Shown piece by piece: positions 1 to 13,500 of a DNA stretch of 64,000 nucleotides; positions within the stretch are counted from its first letter, which is position 1; each line of letters starts with the position of its first letter. The notes below the pieces were generated by a model. It ran no database searches, was not told the origin of the DNA, and saw only the letters and a list, made by a program, of their open reading frames with translations. The translations under genes and the position numbers were made by a program. Origin of the DNA: Amoebophrya sp. A120 (taxonomy: Eukaryota; Protista; Dinoflagellata); the NCBI GenBank assembly GCA_905178155.1, contig CAJINV010000005.1:5064256-5128255 (forward strand), read 5' to 3'.

Positions 1-3000
1 ACGCCAGTGAACATGATTTCCGACAATACTATCGCCGAAGCGAAGGTTTCGGTCGAGGAAATGAACATGATGTTGCAGGAGTCTGTCGCGTTTGCGTTGA
101 ACGGTACAAGGGGGATGTCGCTGCAGGCTTCCCAAGTCGCGGTCAACATTTTGGATGACCTCAGTTCCATCATGACGACCGACCCAGCTGATCCGAGTAA
201 GAAACTCCTACCGTTGGTGCAGAAGTTGAACAAGGGGCAGCCAAATGAATCGTTGAACAGCTTGCTTTCCAACTTGAATTTCACGATCTCCATCCCAGTG
301 GCGTCTGACACGAACGAGATGATGCATTTGGCGGACGAAACGGCTGGGAACAAGATGTTTTTGAAAGCGGTCCAGAATTCGATGGCGTCGCAGATTCAGA
401 CATCGAATTTTATCCCAGAAGTGGTAAAACAGGATTTGAAAGTCGAGACGAAAGAGTTGAAAACCACGAGTTCTGTCCCATTAGCCCAGTCGTTCACCGA
501 AGCGTTTATGGAGATTGACTCGCCGATTTCCGATGAGGAATTGATCGCGACGATCAAGTATCAAATGTAAAAATGTCTGGGTCTGGAAGAATGCACGTTT
601 GTCATGCTTGTCTGGCATGACTCTTAAATCTGTCATGCGCGTTACGCTAGAGCTCCGTTTTTCTGTGATGCAGAAGCGCAGTTTGTCATGCAGAATAGGC
701 AACACCTAGGAGCTCAGAAACTTGTCATGCTGAGCCAGCATTTGTAGCCTCATCATGAGACGCCACCCAGCATCACAAGTTTCCAGACCCAGACACTTTT
801 GCACTTGATATCAAAGGCGCTGCGGCGGATGCGGTGGACACTTTGGTTCCGAACATGCCGAAGGGGGTGGAGCCGAAGGACATCACGGTGTTGATTTTGA
901 AAACCGAGGGAAACAAGAGGGAGATTGTCGTGCAGACACCAGTGCAGAAAACGTTACCAATTCAAACGGTGGAAGTGGTTGAAGAGGTGACGGTGACGAA
1001 TCCTGATGGCAGTACCACAGTCACACAAGTGACGAAACAAGTAACTTCGGTGAATGTCACTGCGGTTGCGACTGCGGCAGCCGAGGCGGAGTACAAGGGT
1101 TCTGCGAACGAGGTTGCGAACAAAATGTCCGCGGCTAGCTTCATGGTCCCGTTTTCGACGCGTATGGAGGTGAACTTAGATTCTATGTTCACTTTAGACG
1201 CTCTTCCGGAGGAAACGCAACCACCGGCAGTCACCGAACCCGCGAAAACCGAACAGCCGGAGGAATTGCCAATAGTGACGGTTGAGGGCGAGATGTCTGT
1301 GGAAATCAAACCCGCGGATCCGAGCAAAACCTTGACTGACAACCAGCTCACCGATCTGGTGAAGGCGGCGGTGGCGAGCACATTAGGTGCGACGACGTTT
1401 GATCCGAAAACCGGGAAGAACACCAAGCCGATGTTCCAGTTGTCGGGCGGGTCGGTTATCAGGTCGGATCAGATCGCGGTGACGAAGTTGGACGGTGGGT
1501 TGCTAGATCCGGACAAGCACACATTCAAAATCGCGGTCCACGGAAACCAGTTGTCCGCCGCGGAGGTTTCGGAAGCGCTGGCGCTGTTGACGAAGCCGCA
1601 GGAAGAGGAGAAACCAGCTGCGCCCGCTGCAGGTCCAGGTGCACCAACAACCGGTATCAAATGTAAAAATGTCTGGGTCTGGAAGAGTTGGAACTTGTGA
1701 TGCAAACTCTGGAACAGACAAAAATTTGTGTTGCATGAGCGCCAAAAGCTGCCCACTTCTTGGCACGCATGTGGCAAGTTTCTCATGCGGGACAGGCATC
1801 ATGAGGCGTGCTCAAAACCTGTGATGCTTTTGCCTGCATCAGACACCATTTGCGTGATCCGAAATATGCATGACAAATCTACAAATCTTCCAGACCCAGA
1901 CACTTTTGCATTTGATAACCGGCACCGGCACTGCAACTGCAGCCCCGCCGAGAAAGGACGTTGTGACAGAGAGGCAGCTGAACTTCCAATCGTTAGTCCA
2001 GACCAAGCTCATCGAAGAAGCGGTGAAGAAGAACCAGGAAGTGAAGCCAAATTCCTTCGAAGTGGTTGGATCCGCGCAGCAGACACCGTTAACCACTGTG
2101 AAGACGAAATTGAAGATCCAATCAACAGGGAAGACCCAGAAGGAGGTCGCGGCGGCGATTAGAGGTTCTGTGTCGAAATCTCTGAACGATTTGGGTGGAA
2201 CGGCTTTGACTGCGGACCACGTGAGCTTGTTGTTTATGGACACAAGTACAACACCCCCGACGGAGATCTTCCCGGACAGTTTGGAATTAGTTTCCCCCAA
2301 CGCGGACATTGAGGTTTCCATCGTCGTTCCGAGTAACGAGAAAACGGTCATTGAGCTATTAGACCCGACGGACTTCCCGAACAAAGTGTTTAACAAAGCG
2401 GTGATCAACAATTTAGATAACACCGCGACCAACACGGGAGTCTCAGTCTCCGGGTTTGAAATCGATCCAGCGCAGGGCGCGCCGAAGGTGAGCCAGGCAG
2501 TGGATCTGGATCTATCATTACCGGTGGAAGATCTCGCGACGTTACCGGACCCGGAGACCATGACGTTCGTGATTCAGAACGCGGCGAGCGAAGCTTTGGT
2601 AAAAGCGTTTGAAAACGAACCCGCGGCGACGAAGGACATGATCTCGCTGGCGAGGGATATGATTTCCTTAGTCTACCCCGATCCGAAGATCACAAGCAAT
2701 TTCACGATTTCTGTGCTCTCCGTGAAGGATTTGCCGTACAACGTCGCGACCGAAACGGCGGAGAAGATCATGCAGGTTTTGAAGGGAAATCCGACACTGT
2801 TTCTCGCGCCTCTCCGGACGGAATTGACAACACTAGGCGTCGAATTCGACAAAACGAAGCCGATCAACGTGACCGAGGAAGCGGCGGTGCCCGAGCCGGC
2901 AGCGAGAGCGGTTGCGCCCGCGTTGCAGGCTTCGGCGAAGCAGGGGGCGATTCCGGTTCAGGATTTCCCCGACGTTTCGCTTGCGTTCGTGGAATCGAAA

Positions 3001-6000
3001 TTGTCCATGCCGGTGTCTGCGACGATCCGGAACGATCCGAAGTTAGAGCCGTTGCTGATCTCCGGGTCGGATGAGCAGTTCGCGACGCTGATGGCGAAGT
3101 CGCTTTCCAGGGCTTTGAAAATTGAATTCCCGGATAGGCTGGCGTTATTACCGAAGGAGAACGAGATTTCGATTACGAACATAGAGGTGCACCCGGCGAC
3201 TGGCGCGAGGACTTTTGACATCTTGATCCAGGGACGGAGGACGAAAGCGGACACTAGCTTGATCGGCGATATCCTCGGTCTCGTATCTTCTACCAGTGAG
3301 AACACAGATTTGGCGAACCGGGTGTATGCCAGTATGGCCAAGGAGATGACGAAGATCGCGTATGAAGAGGAATTAACCGCTGGCACCATGACGGAAGCTG
3401 ATTTACCGGTTTTAGTCCCAGAAGGAATGGAAGCGCGGGCCAGCTTCATGCAACCCTCGTTGGCGCAGGCACGGCAGAAAACGCAAACCGCATCGGAATT
3501 CGTCTACCGAGTGGAGGGTGGTGTTGCACCCCCGACACCGGAGGACTTGCAGAAATCGGTGCAGAAGGCGATCTTTGAATCTACCGGGATCATGATCCCA
3601 TTGGAGCAGGTCGCGATTGTCTCCGCGATTCCGACGGGGAAGCGGGATGAGTTCAAGGTGAAACTCGCAGTCCCGATGGCAGGCGATGTGGTGCGAGCCG
3701 CATTGTCTGCCTCGGACGCGGAGAAGAGTGGGCTGTTCGCGAATAGCATGCGGTATAAAAATTTGATAGGGCGGGTGTTTTTGACAGAATGTTTTTTTGC
3801 GTTTTGCGCATGACAAAATCTTCTTTGATACCGAATTGTGCATGACAAACCGCATAGAAGAATTCTGAATTAAGTACTTATTCAATCAAAAAAACAGCGA
3901 CGCTCTCCGCGACATGGGTCACTACACTGTGGCTGGCATGAAAGTCGAAACCCAGGATGCAGAGCGGTCGAACTTCATCAAGGGGATTGTTTCCCTCGAA
4001 TTCCCGCCGGACGACCCGTTTCTCCCCGCGTCAGAGAGGGAAACCGCGAAAAAGATGGCGGCGAACGCGCTGCAAGCTGCCGTCGCGGAATCGCTGCGGG
4101 ATAAGATCCCGGACATAGTGCCTGGTGATGTGACGATCACACCATCGTCGGAGTACGCGGATGGAAATACCAAGAGCTTCATCATTGTGGTCAAGGTCCC
4201 GAATGACGATTTGCAGGACGGGCTCGCCTCCGTTATCGCGGACATGTTCAGCGCCGACGGGGATAACTCCGCGTTCTTGACGAGCATCTCTTCCTCTCTA
4301 ACAGAAAAGGGCTTCGACACCCCCGTCCCGGAGATCAAGGGGAAGGCAGAAAATTCCGCGAACATCCTCCCCGTTCTCCCCTCCGAAGACAGCGCGTTGG
4401 GCGATGAAGCAGACAAGAAGTGGGCGGACGGGCCGACTTTGGTTGAAGCATCACTTATCGTCACTCTGTCCGAAGCGAGAACCAATGAGTACCCGGTTAG
4501 GGAGTTGGATACGGTTGTCCGGAACGCTTTAGCCGCGACTACCGGGACGCTTTTCACCGCGGAAGACATTGCGGTCGTGATCTTCCCGACATATGAAGAA
4601 ACAGTTCTCCAGCCCAACGAGGTAAAAGTGACGTTCGCGTTTTTCTTGGATAAGGTCAACGCCGCGGCTGCGCAGTCGATCATTTTAATCTTCTCTGAAG
4701 GGTCTGGTGACGCGACGCAGCAAGCAACGGAAGCGGCTTTGACCACCGCTTTGATCACCGCTGCGGGCGAGGAGAACCTCGCGAAGGTGGTTAGTTGCAG
4801 GTTCAACGGGTTCGCGAGAATCGCCGCGCATGTGACTGTGGGGATGAAGGTAACCGCGCCGACGGCTACCGCGCCGACAGAGGAGAATTTGAAGGCGAAG
4901 ATGAAATCCGAAGCCGTGAACCAGTTCAACGCCGTTGGTGGGTATGAGTTATTACCGCAACATGCGCATGTCAAAGTCAACTCTGTTCGAAGACGAATGG
5001 CGGAACTACCGGTGGATCCAAAGAAACAACGAAACAAGGCGTTCGCCGGTAGGAGGAATTTGGAACACCAGGAGCGGAGGTTACAGGATGCGACAGACTT
5101 CGACATGGACGTCACAGTTCCGGTTTCGGGCGCTTTGGCAAGGGACTTAACCTTGACATCGCATCAAATGGGCCAGGACGTGACAACGTTCATCCACGGG
5201 AACATGACGCAGAAGTTATCGGACGCTGGGCAGGGGGACATTTCCTCCACAGTGATCGAGCGCGAAGGCCGTCTCCGGTTCTTCATGGAATTGCTGGGGA
5301 AAATGCCCGCAAGTCTCGGTGTTGCGCCGGAGACCAAGGCGATTCTGGCCGATAGCGCTGGTATAGGATAATTTTGGATTTTGATTTATTGCTATAGTTG
5401 TTCGTTATCCTTATCGTGCATGACAGATTTTTTCGCTTTTTGCTGATTCTGCATCACAAAACAGTTCAACAGGTCATCTACAGCAACTTCCGCATTTTTA
5501 CATACAAATCTCTCTATCAGGTCAAGCCCTTTCCCAATTCGCCCTCGACTACAACGTCGGTGCGGTTTCTGCGAAGCAGGTCGTCATTCTCGCCGATACA
5601 AACAGCAACTACAAGTTCGCCATTCTGTTCAGCTCCGATCAACGGCAGGAGATCGTGCTTTTGACCCAGAACCTGGCGATTCATAAAGATAAGTTCACGG
5701 CACCATTGAAGACCAGGATCGAAATGTCCGGTGTTGGCTTACCAACAGAGGAGAAATTCACGCTGGACGAAATCCGGCCCGCGATGCAGGCAACCACAAC
5801 CCCCATGGACACGGAGGAAGAAACCTACACGGTGACGAACGCTTTCGCTCTAACCGTGCAGGATATCAATGGCATGATGATGGCGGCTACGGCTGAAGCC
5901 GTGAACAGCAACACAGCCGGCGAGACGAATCTCGCAGCGCAAGATGTCGCTTTGGACACAATAAGCGAAACCGGTGGAAGCCGGGCTTTGGAGATGCTGC

Positions 6001-8991
6001 GGCTGAGTGAGGAGAGAAGCGAGGCGAGAATGAACAGGATGAGAAACAGCATCAGCAGAAGACCGACATTGGGGTCGAAGGAAGGTAAGTACTTATTCGG
6101 GTTTTGCATCACAAATTTAGAATAGGTTTGTGGTTTTGCATCACAAGTTTTTTTCGCATTTATTTCTTCGGTTTAGCATGGCAAAAGTAGCCTTTTCGCA
6201 TGACAAATTTCATCACAACTTGACACACGACAACTTGAACACATCTCAGGTCCAGCCTCTGCTTACCAGCGGTTGCTCCAGGCTTCGGACTCGAATTTGA
6301 AAATCCAGAACATGACGCTGACCATCCCTACCACCTCCCCCCTCGCGAAGATTATTCTCTCCGAGGGTAATACCGTGTTCATCAACGCTTTTTCCGCGAT
6401 TCTCTCCACCATGGCCAACGCTATTGGCGTGAACATCGTGAAAGCGGACTTATTCGGTGAAGCACAACCGCCACCCGGGCAGCCGAATTCCATGCAGGCA
6501 ATTCTCGCTCTGTACATGTCCGGCGACGCCAACGCCGCTTTCGTCGCGATGATTCAGGGCGCAATCGCCGCGGCACTAGCTGCCGCAGCAGGGATGCCGA
6601 TCGACTCCGGGCAGATTGTCGTCACTATTACCGGGTCGACAACTCTTCCAAATGGTATGACGCAGAAGGAAGTCGACGTCGCGGTGAATATCAAAAAATC
6701 AGAAGCGGGCACCGCGAAAGCTGCGGAAACACAATCTACCGCAGTCGCAAACGTGATGACCGCGGGGAACACGGATTTTGCGGAGGAATTAACCACGCAG
6801 GTAGCCGCAGTAGCGGAGGAAAAGGGCATTGTCGTCGACACAACGGTCTCGATCGCGCCACTGGTTGAAGCGGTTGTTGCTTTTGTCCAAGCGGTTGTGA
6901 TCACGATCATTACAACTACAACCACCACAACGACAACAGAGCTCACCACGGAACCGCCGGCAATAGTCACGGATCCGCCAGAAGTGGAGGAGGAGGAAGC
7001 GGAATTAGTCCCGCCGGGGACAGATGCGGCTTCCGCAACACTCATGATCATCGTGATGGCGCTGTTCGTTTCTGGTGGTTTAGCGGGTTACCGGCACCAG
7101 GTGATGAAGAAGCGCGCGAAGATGTTCCACGACATGATAGAAGACGCATTTGATGTCGTGTTCGAGCAGAAGACCCCGGATATTGAAATCGTCCCCTGGG
7201 ACATCTTCATAGAACCCTATTTGGACGGAACCGAACCGGGGATAGTGGATATGATTCTCGGGAAAGGACCGAGGGATCCGTTGTTGGATGATCCAAGCTT
7301 GTCACCGGAGTTGTTAGCGATCAAACGGCTACAAGAACAGCACAAGGAATTGCCGCATGGGGAAAATCACGGTAGTAGTGCACATGCTGGTGGTCACAAC
7401 TCCGACCAATCTACCGCCGCGGGTTCCGCTACAGCGAGCGATACCGAGTTCAACGCGAAAGCACACGACCCGAACGCGGGCGATCATTCCATCTTGCACC
7501 ACAAACCACCAATCGCGATCTACAACTTCAAAGTGTTAATCCCGTTTCCAAATGGTGAGAACTACCAGGGTGTGGGCGTGGACAAGAAATTCTCAAGATG
7601 GACGAAACTGATCGACCACAAACTCGCGGATAAAATGCACCACGAGAAGCTGCAGATGCAGAAAGCATATCTCGGGAAGCCAGATCCGGAAATCAAGTTC
7701 ATCGATCCGCACAAGGATTTACCGCTCGGGTTGTACAACAACGCGAAAGAATTGTCTGAGACGATTCTGGACCAGATAGTCGACAAGGATTCCCCACGGA
7801 ACATCCCCGACCCGTTAGTCGTGAAACGGAAGCTCGCGGAATTAGAAGAGCGGAAAGCGAAGAGGAAAGCGGCGGAGGAATACGATAAAGCTCATCACAC
7901 CCACACCGCGCACCACGGAGAGGATCTGGAAGCGGGTCATGATGAGGATAAGGAAATTGAGGCGATTAACAAGCCGAGAGAGGGGTTGTTGGAAGTTTTA
8001 GAAGTCCACGTGAAGATCGCGATCGGCGAGCGGATCCACAGCTACCGCGAGGATGAGCATGAGGAGGAAAGACACCATCACCACCACAAGAGGAAGCACA
8101 GTAAAGACGACCAGAAATCTCTCTCCGAGTCTTCCGATGGAAAGCCGGGAATCCACATTGTTTCCGATTTAGTCGACATTTCTATCGACGACTACGAAGT
8201 GGAATCAGTAGAGGAGTTTGACTATCCACTGCAAAATTGTATCGTACTGGTACTACTTCTACTTGCATATCGTGCATGACAAATCTCCAGAGTCTTAGCT
8301 GACTCAGCATTACAAATTCCAGGTTCTTTTTGAAAAAATTTGTGATGCAAGTTGTACTTAGTACGATACATTTGCCATGCATATCGACGATCCTGGCGAA
8401 CTCCGCGGCATCGCGTTGTTCCGCCACGCGGCGGAAAAGGCGAGAAGACAGTTGAGAGTCACGAAGGGGCATAAAGCCGTCGTGAATGACGAGGAAAGAT
8501 TGCAGTTGACCCAGGCACAGCGGTCCTTCGCCAACATCGCGAGCAGTCTGATGGAGCAACAGGGGAGCAAAAAGGGAGGCTTGCGGTTTTCCTCTTCCAT
8601 GCTCGTGAAGCAGCAGGAAGAGGAGGACCGGATCAAACAGCAACAGAAAGAGAAAAGACGGGAGGAAAAACGGCAAATGAAGGCCATGATGTCCGATGAG
8701 GAATTAGAGGAAAGAAGACAGTTGAAAAAGCAGAAGAAAAAGGACAAAAAGAGGAAATCCAGCACTTCCGCCAAGAGAAAATCCTCCGTCGCGAGTCAAG
8801 ATTCTATGCTGTCGATCGAAGACGGGACCGTGGACGACGCTTTTGACGAAAACGTCAATGAGTTGAGAAACATGACAAGAGCCTCGACGGAAAAAAAGCG
8901 GTCTAGCTCCCCCGGCCAGGCGAGGTTCGAGGACGTCGCCAGGCGGGACAGCATGGAGAGTTTGGATCCTGATGTGCCAGTGGAAAGGTGA
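1..8991 (+). CDS. Very large single-pass membrane protein (5' end outside window), at least 7 exons
   Basis: ORFs 7-570, 834-1700, 1870-3813, 3914-5371, 5655-6125, 6273-8279 and 8377-8991 join in frame after removing introners at 559, 1655, 8223 and GT-AG introns 3753-3897, 5361-5520, 6085-6249. Thr-rich stalk, hydrophobic helix ASATLMIIVMALFVSGGLAGY followed by basic residues, charged cytoplasmic tail. Confidence 0.8.
559..810. mobile_element. Introner family A (252 bp)
   Basis: TIR TATCAAATGTAAAAATGTCTGGGTCTGGAA; DR tcaag/tcaaa; frame restored. Confidence 0.92.
1655..1917. mobile_element. Introner family A (263 bp)
   Basis: Family A TIRs; DR accgg/accgg. Confidence 0.92.
8223..8383. mobile_element. 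Introner family B (161 bp)
   Basis: TIR TATCCACTGCAAAATTGTATCGTACT; DR ttgac/tcgac. Confidence 0.85.
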
Positions 8992-10510
8992 AGTGGGTTT
9001 TAGATGAACAAATGTAAGAGTTGTTGTTGAAAATAACTCGAAAAGAAAAAGATTCGAACTTTTTTAATTCTTGCGATAAGCATACTTACTTAAATTTTAA
9101 ACGATGTGATGTGCGAAAATTGAAAATCAAATCATTGACAGAATTGATGTGCAGAGATGTTTGTCAGAAATTCTAACAGGAACAGCAAAAATGGCTACAA
9201 CTCCATGTGAAAACAAGTGTGAACAACCTAAATTTTTTTTTTGAATCCTTACCCCCATTAGAATTATCGTCTGATATCTTTCTGTCCTCTCTATTTCTCT
9301 ACCCCATTTTTCTGTCCTCTCGAGAATACAAAGCGAAAAAACTCCAAAACAGTCCTCAATTTGATCGAAAAAACGTCCTCAAAACTCAGAAAGATTTACG
9401 TATAAGCATTACATACTCTATCCGAGATACAACTCGTTAAGACTCATCAATTGACAATTTCAAAAGCTCATAAATATGAATCACAAAGACTCTTGCCTAC
9501 AAGCAAAAGTACCACGTCCTCACAGTGGGAAATTGCTTCTGCGCATGGTTTTTGTTTTTTCTCTTTCTGTGAATTAGACTCGAAAAGAATAGATAACTGC
9601 AAGATATTGAAAAAAATGCGAAAAGAATTAAAAACGCCGGCAATTTATTCCAGCTTTTGGTTTGCCGGTCGTAATATCACGATCTAAAAAACAGTGTCAC
9701 CCAAAAAACCTATGCAAATCGGAACTACAGAGAAAAAGTACTACAAAATCCGTAGAGACTGAAACTATGCTCCAGAAATAGCACAGAGTGGTTTGACCTA
9801 TCCAAGATACAGCAAATTCAAGCGCGAAGGTGGTGTGGGAAAAACTACACAAGAACTTCTGCCGCGAAATAGTTTTATCCAAGATACACAAAACCGAATC
9901 AATCGCTTAAGTTGGCGTATTTTTTTAGCTCTTCACAGGGAGAAACCGTTTCGAATCTGTGCAAATGAAGCTATTAGAAGAACTGTGTCACATATCTTTT
10001 TTTCAAAAATGTTGAGATCTTAAGTATGTTGAAAAAACAGCTCGATACAACTAGCGAAAAATGATTGGTGTCATGAAAAGAACAAGATGAACTGCAATGA
10101 AATTCTGTACAATGTGAATCGTAATTCAATCCTCTACATCAAGAAAGAAATGAAAGTGAAGAAAGCAGGCCGTTGGCCAAGCTTTCGCTTTCCGATTTTT
10201 GCAAATACGGTCGCAATGCAGGATTGTAGGTGTTCCGTTCGTGCCAATTCTCCTTTTGCGTCCACCATTATTTTCTTGTGTCTTTGTGTCCTATTTGTAT
10301 TTTTGTTTTGCTTCAAGTTGTTTCTGCTTTCTCTTTTTGCAAACCAATTTTTTCGTTTGGAGCGTGAGGCCCATATAAGTACTTCTTCTAGCCACGTTGG
10401 CGCACCGTCGCGCGAAAGTGAAGGAGAAGCAACATAGACATACACAGGAGCGCTTCCATCCTTCACACTAATGGTGCTCACAAACGTAGTAGTACCGGAA
10501 GAGAATCGTC

Positions 10511-13500
10511 ATGGGGATGGTGTTCTGGCTCTTCTCGGTTCTGTTAAGCACCCTAACAACCCTCCTCATCGCCGTCTCACGCCACCAGCGACTAGTCTGC
10601 CTCTCCCTAAACGGCCCACAATGCACACTGACGCTGCGCTTCTTTCCAAAAGGGAACAAGCTGCACCAGGGGCTACCGCAAGAGCAGTGCCAGGCGGTGG
10701 AAAGTACAACCGAAGAGTCCGATTCCACCGCGGAACAAGCTATGGGAGCGTCTGAGCGATTATCTAGTTTTTTATTCAAAAAAACCTCTTCAAAGCTTTT
10801 AAATAGCAACTTTCCGCTCGCGATTGGGGCGCGGAAGCGTCGTCATCGGGAAACGGCACAGGTGAGTTTGAAGGCGGTGCCCAGAATTGATATCATGTTG
10901 AAGCATCTAGATGGAGCCCCAACTTGAACTAGCTATACTCAGGATGCCAATTTGATTGAAGAGACAGGTTAAATTAGAGCTGTTTGCTCCTTGTTTGTGT
11001 AGATGGTCCAGACGCTTACCCGGCCCTAGGTGACCACGAAACCGGAACGGGGCCCGCCAGCAGCCGCGTCGCGACTCGGCCCCGACGACATTTGCTGCGC
11101 CAAGTGCCTCAGGTAGAGAGTCCAGCCTTGTGCGGCAGTTCTATCCTTCTGAAGAATCCAGATAGGCCCCACCTTGGGCTCGCTACTTTGGAGCGTGGGC
11201 TTCCTTTCAAGACATGGGCGAAAATATCGGAAGCCGGTAATGGTCAGGGGCGCTGGAAGCTTTAGGCTTTTTCCGCCCTGCACATCCTGCCCACCTAAGA
11301 ATACGAAGCCACTCGTGTTTCGACACGCGGGGCCCCGGGTCGTTTTGGTGGCGGGCTTCCCTGGTTCGCCGCCGGATACAGCTACGCTCGTCGTCTGAAA
11401 CGGGCGCTACTCTAAACGCATCCGCCATATAAGAGCCGCACGCAACTCAGCGGGCTTGAGTTGAGGCCTCATGTGCATGCCCGTAATTGACACAAACTCC
11501 GCACACCGGTGAAAACCTTACCAGAACCGCACCCCTTTGGCGATGTTTCCGGGCGCGAATAAAAATGAGAAGGGTCCCGGCGATGTAGGTTGGAGGCGAA
11601 GCACGTACTGGCAGCACACCAAAATACCTCCGCAGACACTGCAAATAAAAGCAGGCCTTTTTCGATTGCTCTGAAGTACAAATCTCAAGCATCCAGGTAG
11701 CTAGTTCAAGTCGGGGCTCCATCCAGATATTTAATTTCGACACCCCAGCCAGAAGCTCCGTCTTCCGTTCTCCAGACGGATCCGAAATGATCACCGTTTC
11801 GCAAGTTTCGCCATCAATAAAGTTGCTATCTAAAAGCTCTAAAATGATTTTTTTGAATAAAAAATTAGATAATCGCTCAGACGGTCCCATACAAGCGAAG
11901 GCGCTGGAAAGTACCGAAGAGTCCGATTCCACCGCGGAACAAGCGAAGGCAAAACGAGCGGAAGAGGCAAAATCCCTGCTCGGGGCCGGGCTAACAAGGA
12001 GAGAGGCTGCGGTAGAGGCCGGGATGAAAAGTCCGTTGCTAGCAGCACTAGCAGGAAGTCCAGGTCTATCGACGTCACATGTTGACAACGCCGTCGCACT
12101 CGGAAGTACTGCACCAACTGCTACATCTACTACCTCGCCTACCGCAGTACAACAATCATCGAAGGCCACTTCTCCCACTGGTCGTCGAGGTTCTACTTCC
12201 CGTGTCCGCTGCATCGGGAATTTTGACTCCGTCTTAGGTACGTACGAGAAGGTATGAGGGTGCACAACTCCTCCCCTCCTCATTAGTATAGCATGAACGG
12301 CAATACAAGCATTAGCAAGACTGCTGGCTTTGCATGACAAATGTTCTTCACAGGAGTGTCGTGCCGTTTGGGGTTCCGGAGTTTGTCATGCAAACAGTGC
12401 CAAGAGGCACAGACTGGATTTGGTGTTTTGCATGACAAATGAGGGGGAGGGGGGGTTGCGCACTGTCATAGAAGGAAAGAGGCTGGTTCCAAACGGCGGC
12501 CGATGCGGCAAACGCGCGGCAGTGCCTGTTTTCTGATGTGTGCTACGACTTGAAGGTGGAAGATTGGGTGTTTTACACGACACGAAGAAATGCTCGTGCA
12601 GGAGCAGGACTACTGCATCAGAGTCAGACAGCACTACCTGACATCCGTTCCTTCGATGCCAATACTGGGCCGCAATACAAATTCCGACATAGGAAAGCCG
12701 AGGGGGACAATCACGACGCGGATTTCGTTCCCCTTGGCCACGGATTTTCCGTGTCAGAGGATTTGCAGCCGGAAAAGCGGTATGCATTGCAAAAGCAACG
12801 TACTAGTTGATGTACGAATTGCATTACAAGTTTTATTCGCAGCATGAAAAGTGGAGTTTGTAGTGCTGCTCTACCTTGTGAAGCAGAGTTGTCATGCACA
12901 TCTGCAATTGGTACGGGCACGAACACGTTGCTCTTGCAATGCATAAGCGGAAGGCCTGGCGGTTCAGCAGCCACTATCGAACGGCAAGTACAGGCACTGC
13001 GACTTTATCTTCACTGGAAGATGATACCGGCGGCCCTTCGGAAGGAGATCAGAAAAGCACAACGTTCCCGCGTTCCTTCACGCCGATGATAGTAGAAGCA
13101 GGCACGACGACGAAAACAAAGTTCCTCGACGATGGCGTTTACATGCTGACCCAACCCAAGTACCTTGACAACGTGGGCCACGCGCTGGAAGACGGCGTCA
13201 TGAACCTCCTTGCCACGCTCTTCAAGTTTGGCGTGTACACTCCCTGTCCGAACATCATTCTGGTCCAGAGCTGCGCGGAGCTGTTTCTGCGCGAGGCGAA
13301 GGGGGAGAAAAGAACGAAGTTGTGTCAGAAGTTTGTGAAGGATTTTTTCGGCGTTTTGAGTGGCAACTGCACTGACACATCGGCAGCCGCAGCGACCACT
13401 GCGAAAAACAACAATAACCCGCAAATATTAAGCCAGCAAAGTTCTACTGGCGCGCTGCAACTTATGGGAGTGTCAGGATCGAAATCGACAATATCGAAAA

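Noticed and set aside
3922-5115. Long minus-strand ORFs (also 1839-2561, 6554-7051)
   Set aside because: Antisense shadows of the + strand coding exons.
11447-12340. 297-aa minus-strand ORF overlapping the long introner as its transposase
   Set aside because: It starts outside the element, is half antisense to the GT61 exon, and has no DDE or tyrosine-recombinase signature. No mobilising enzyme was found anywhere in the window.
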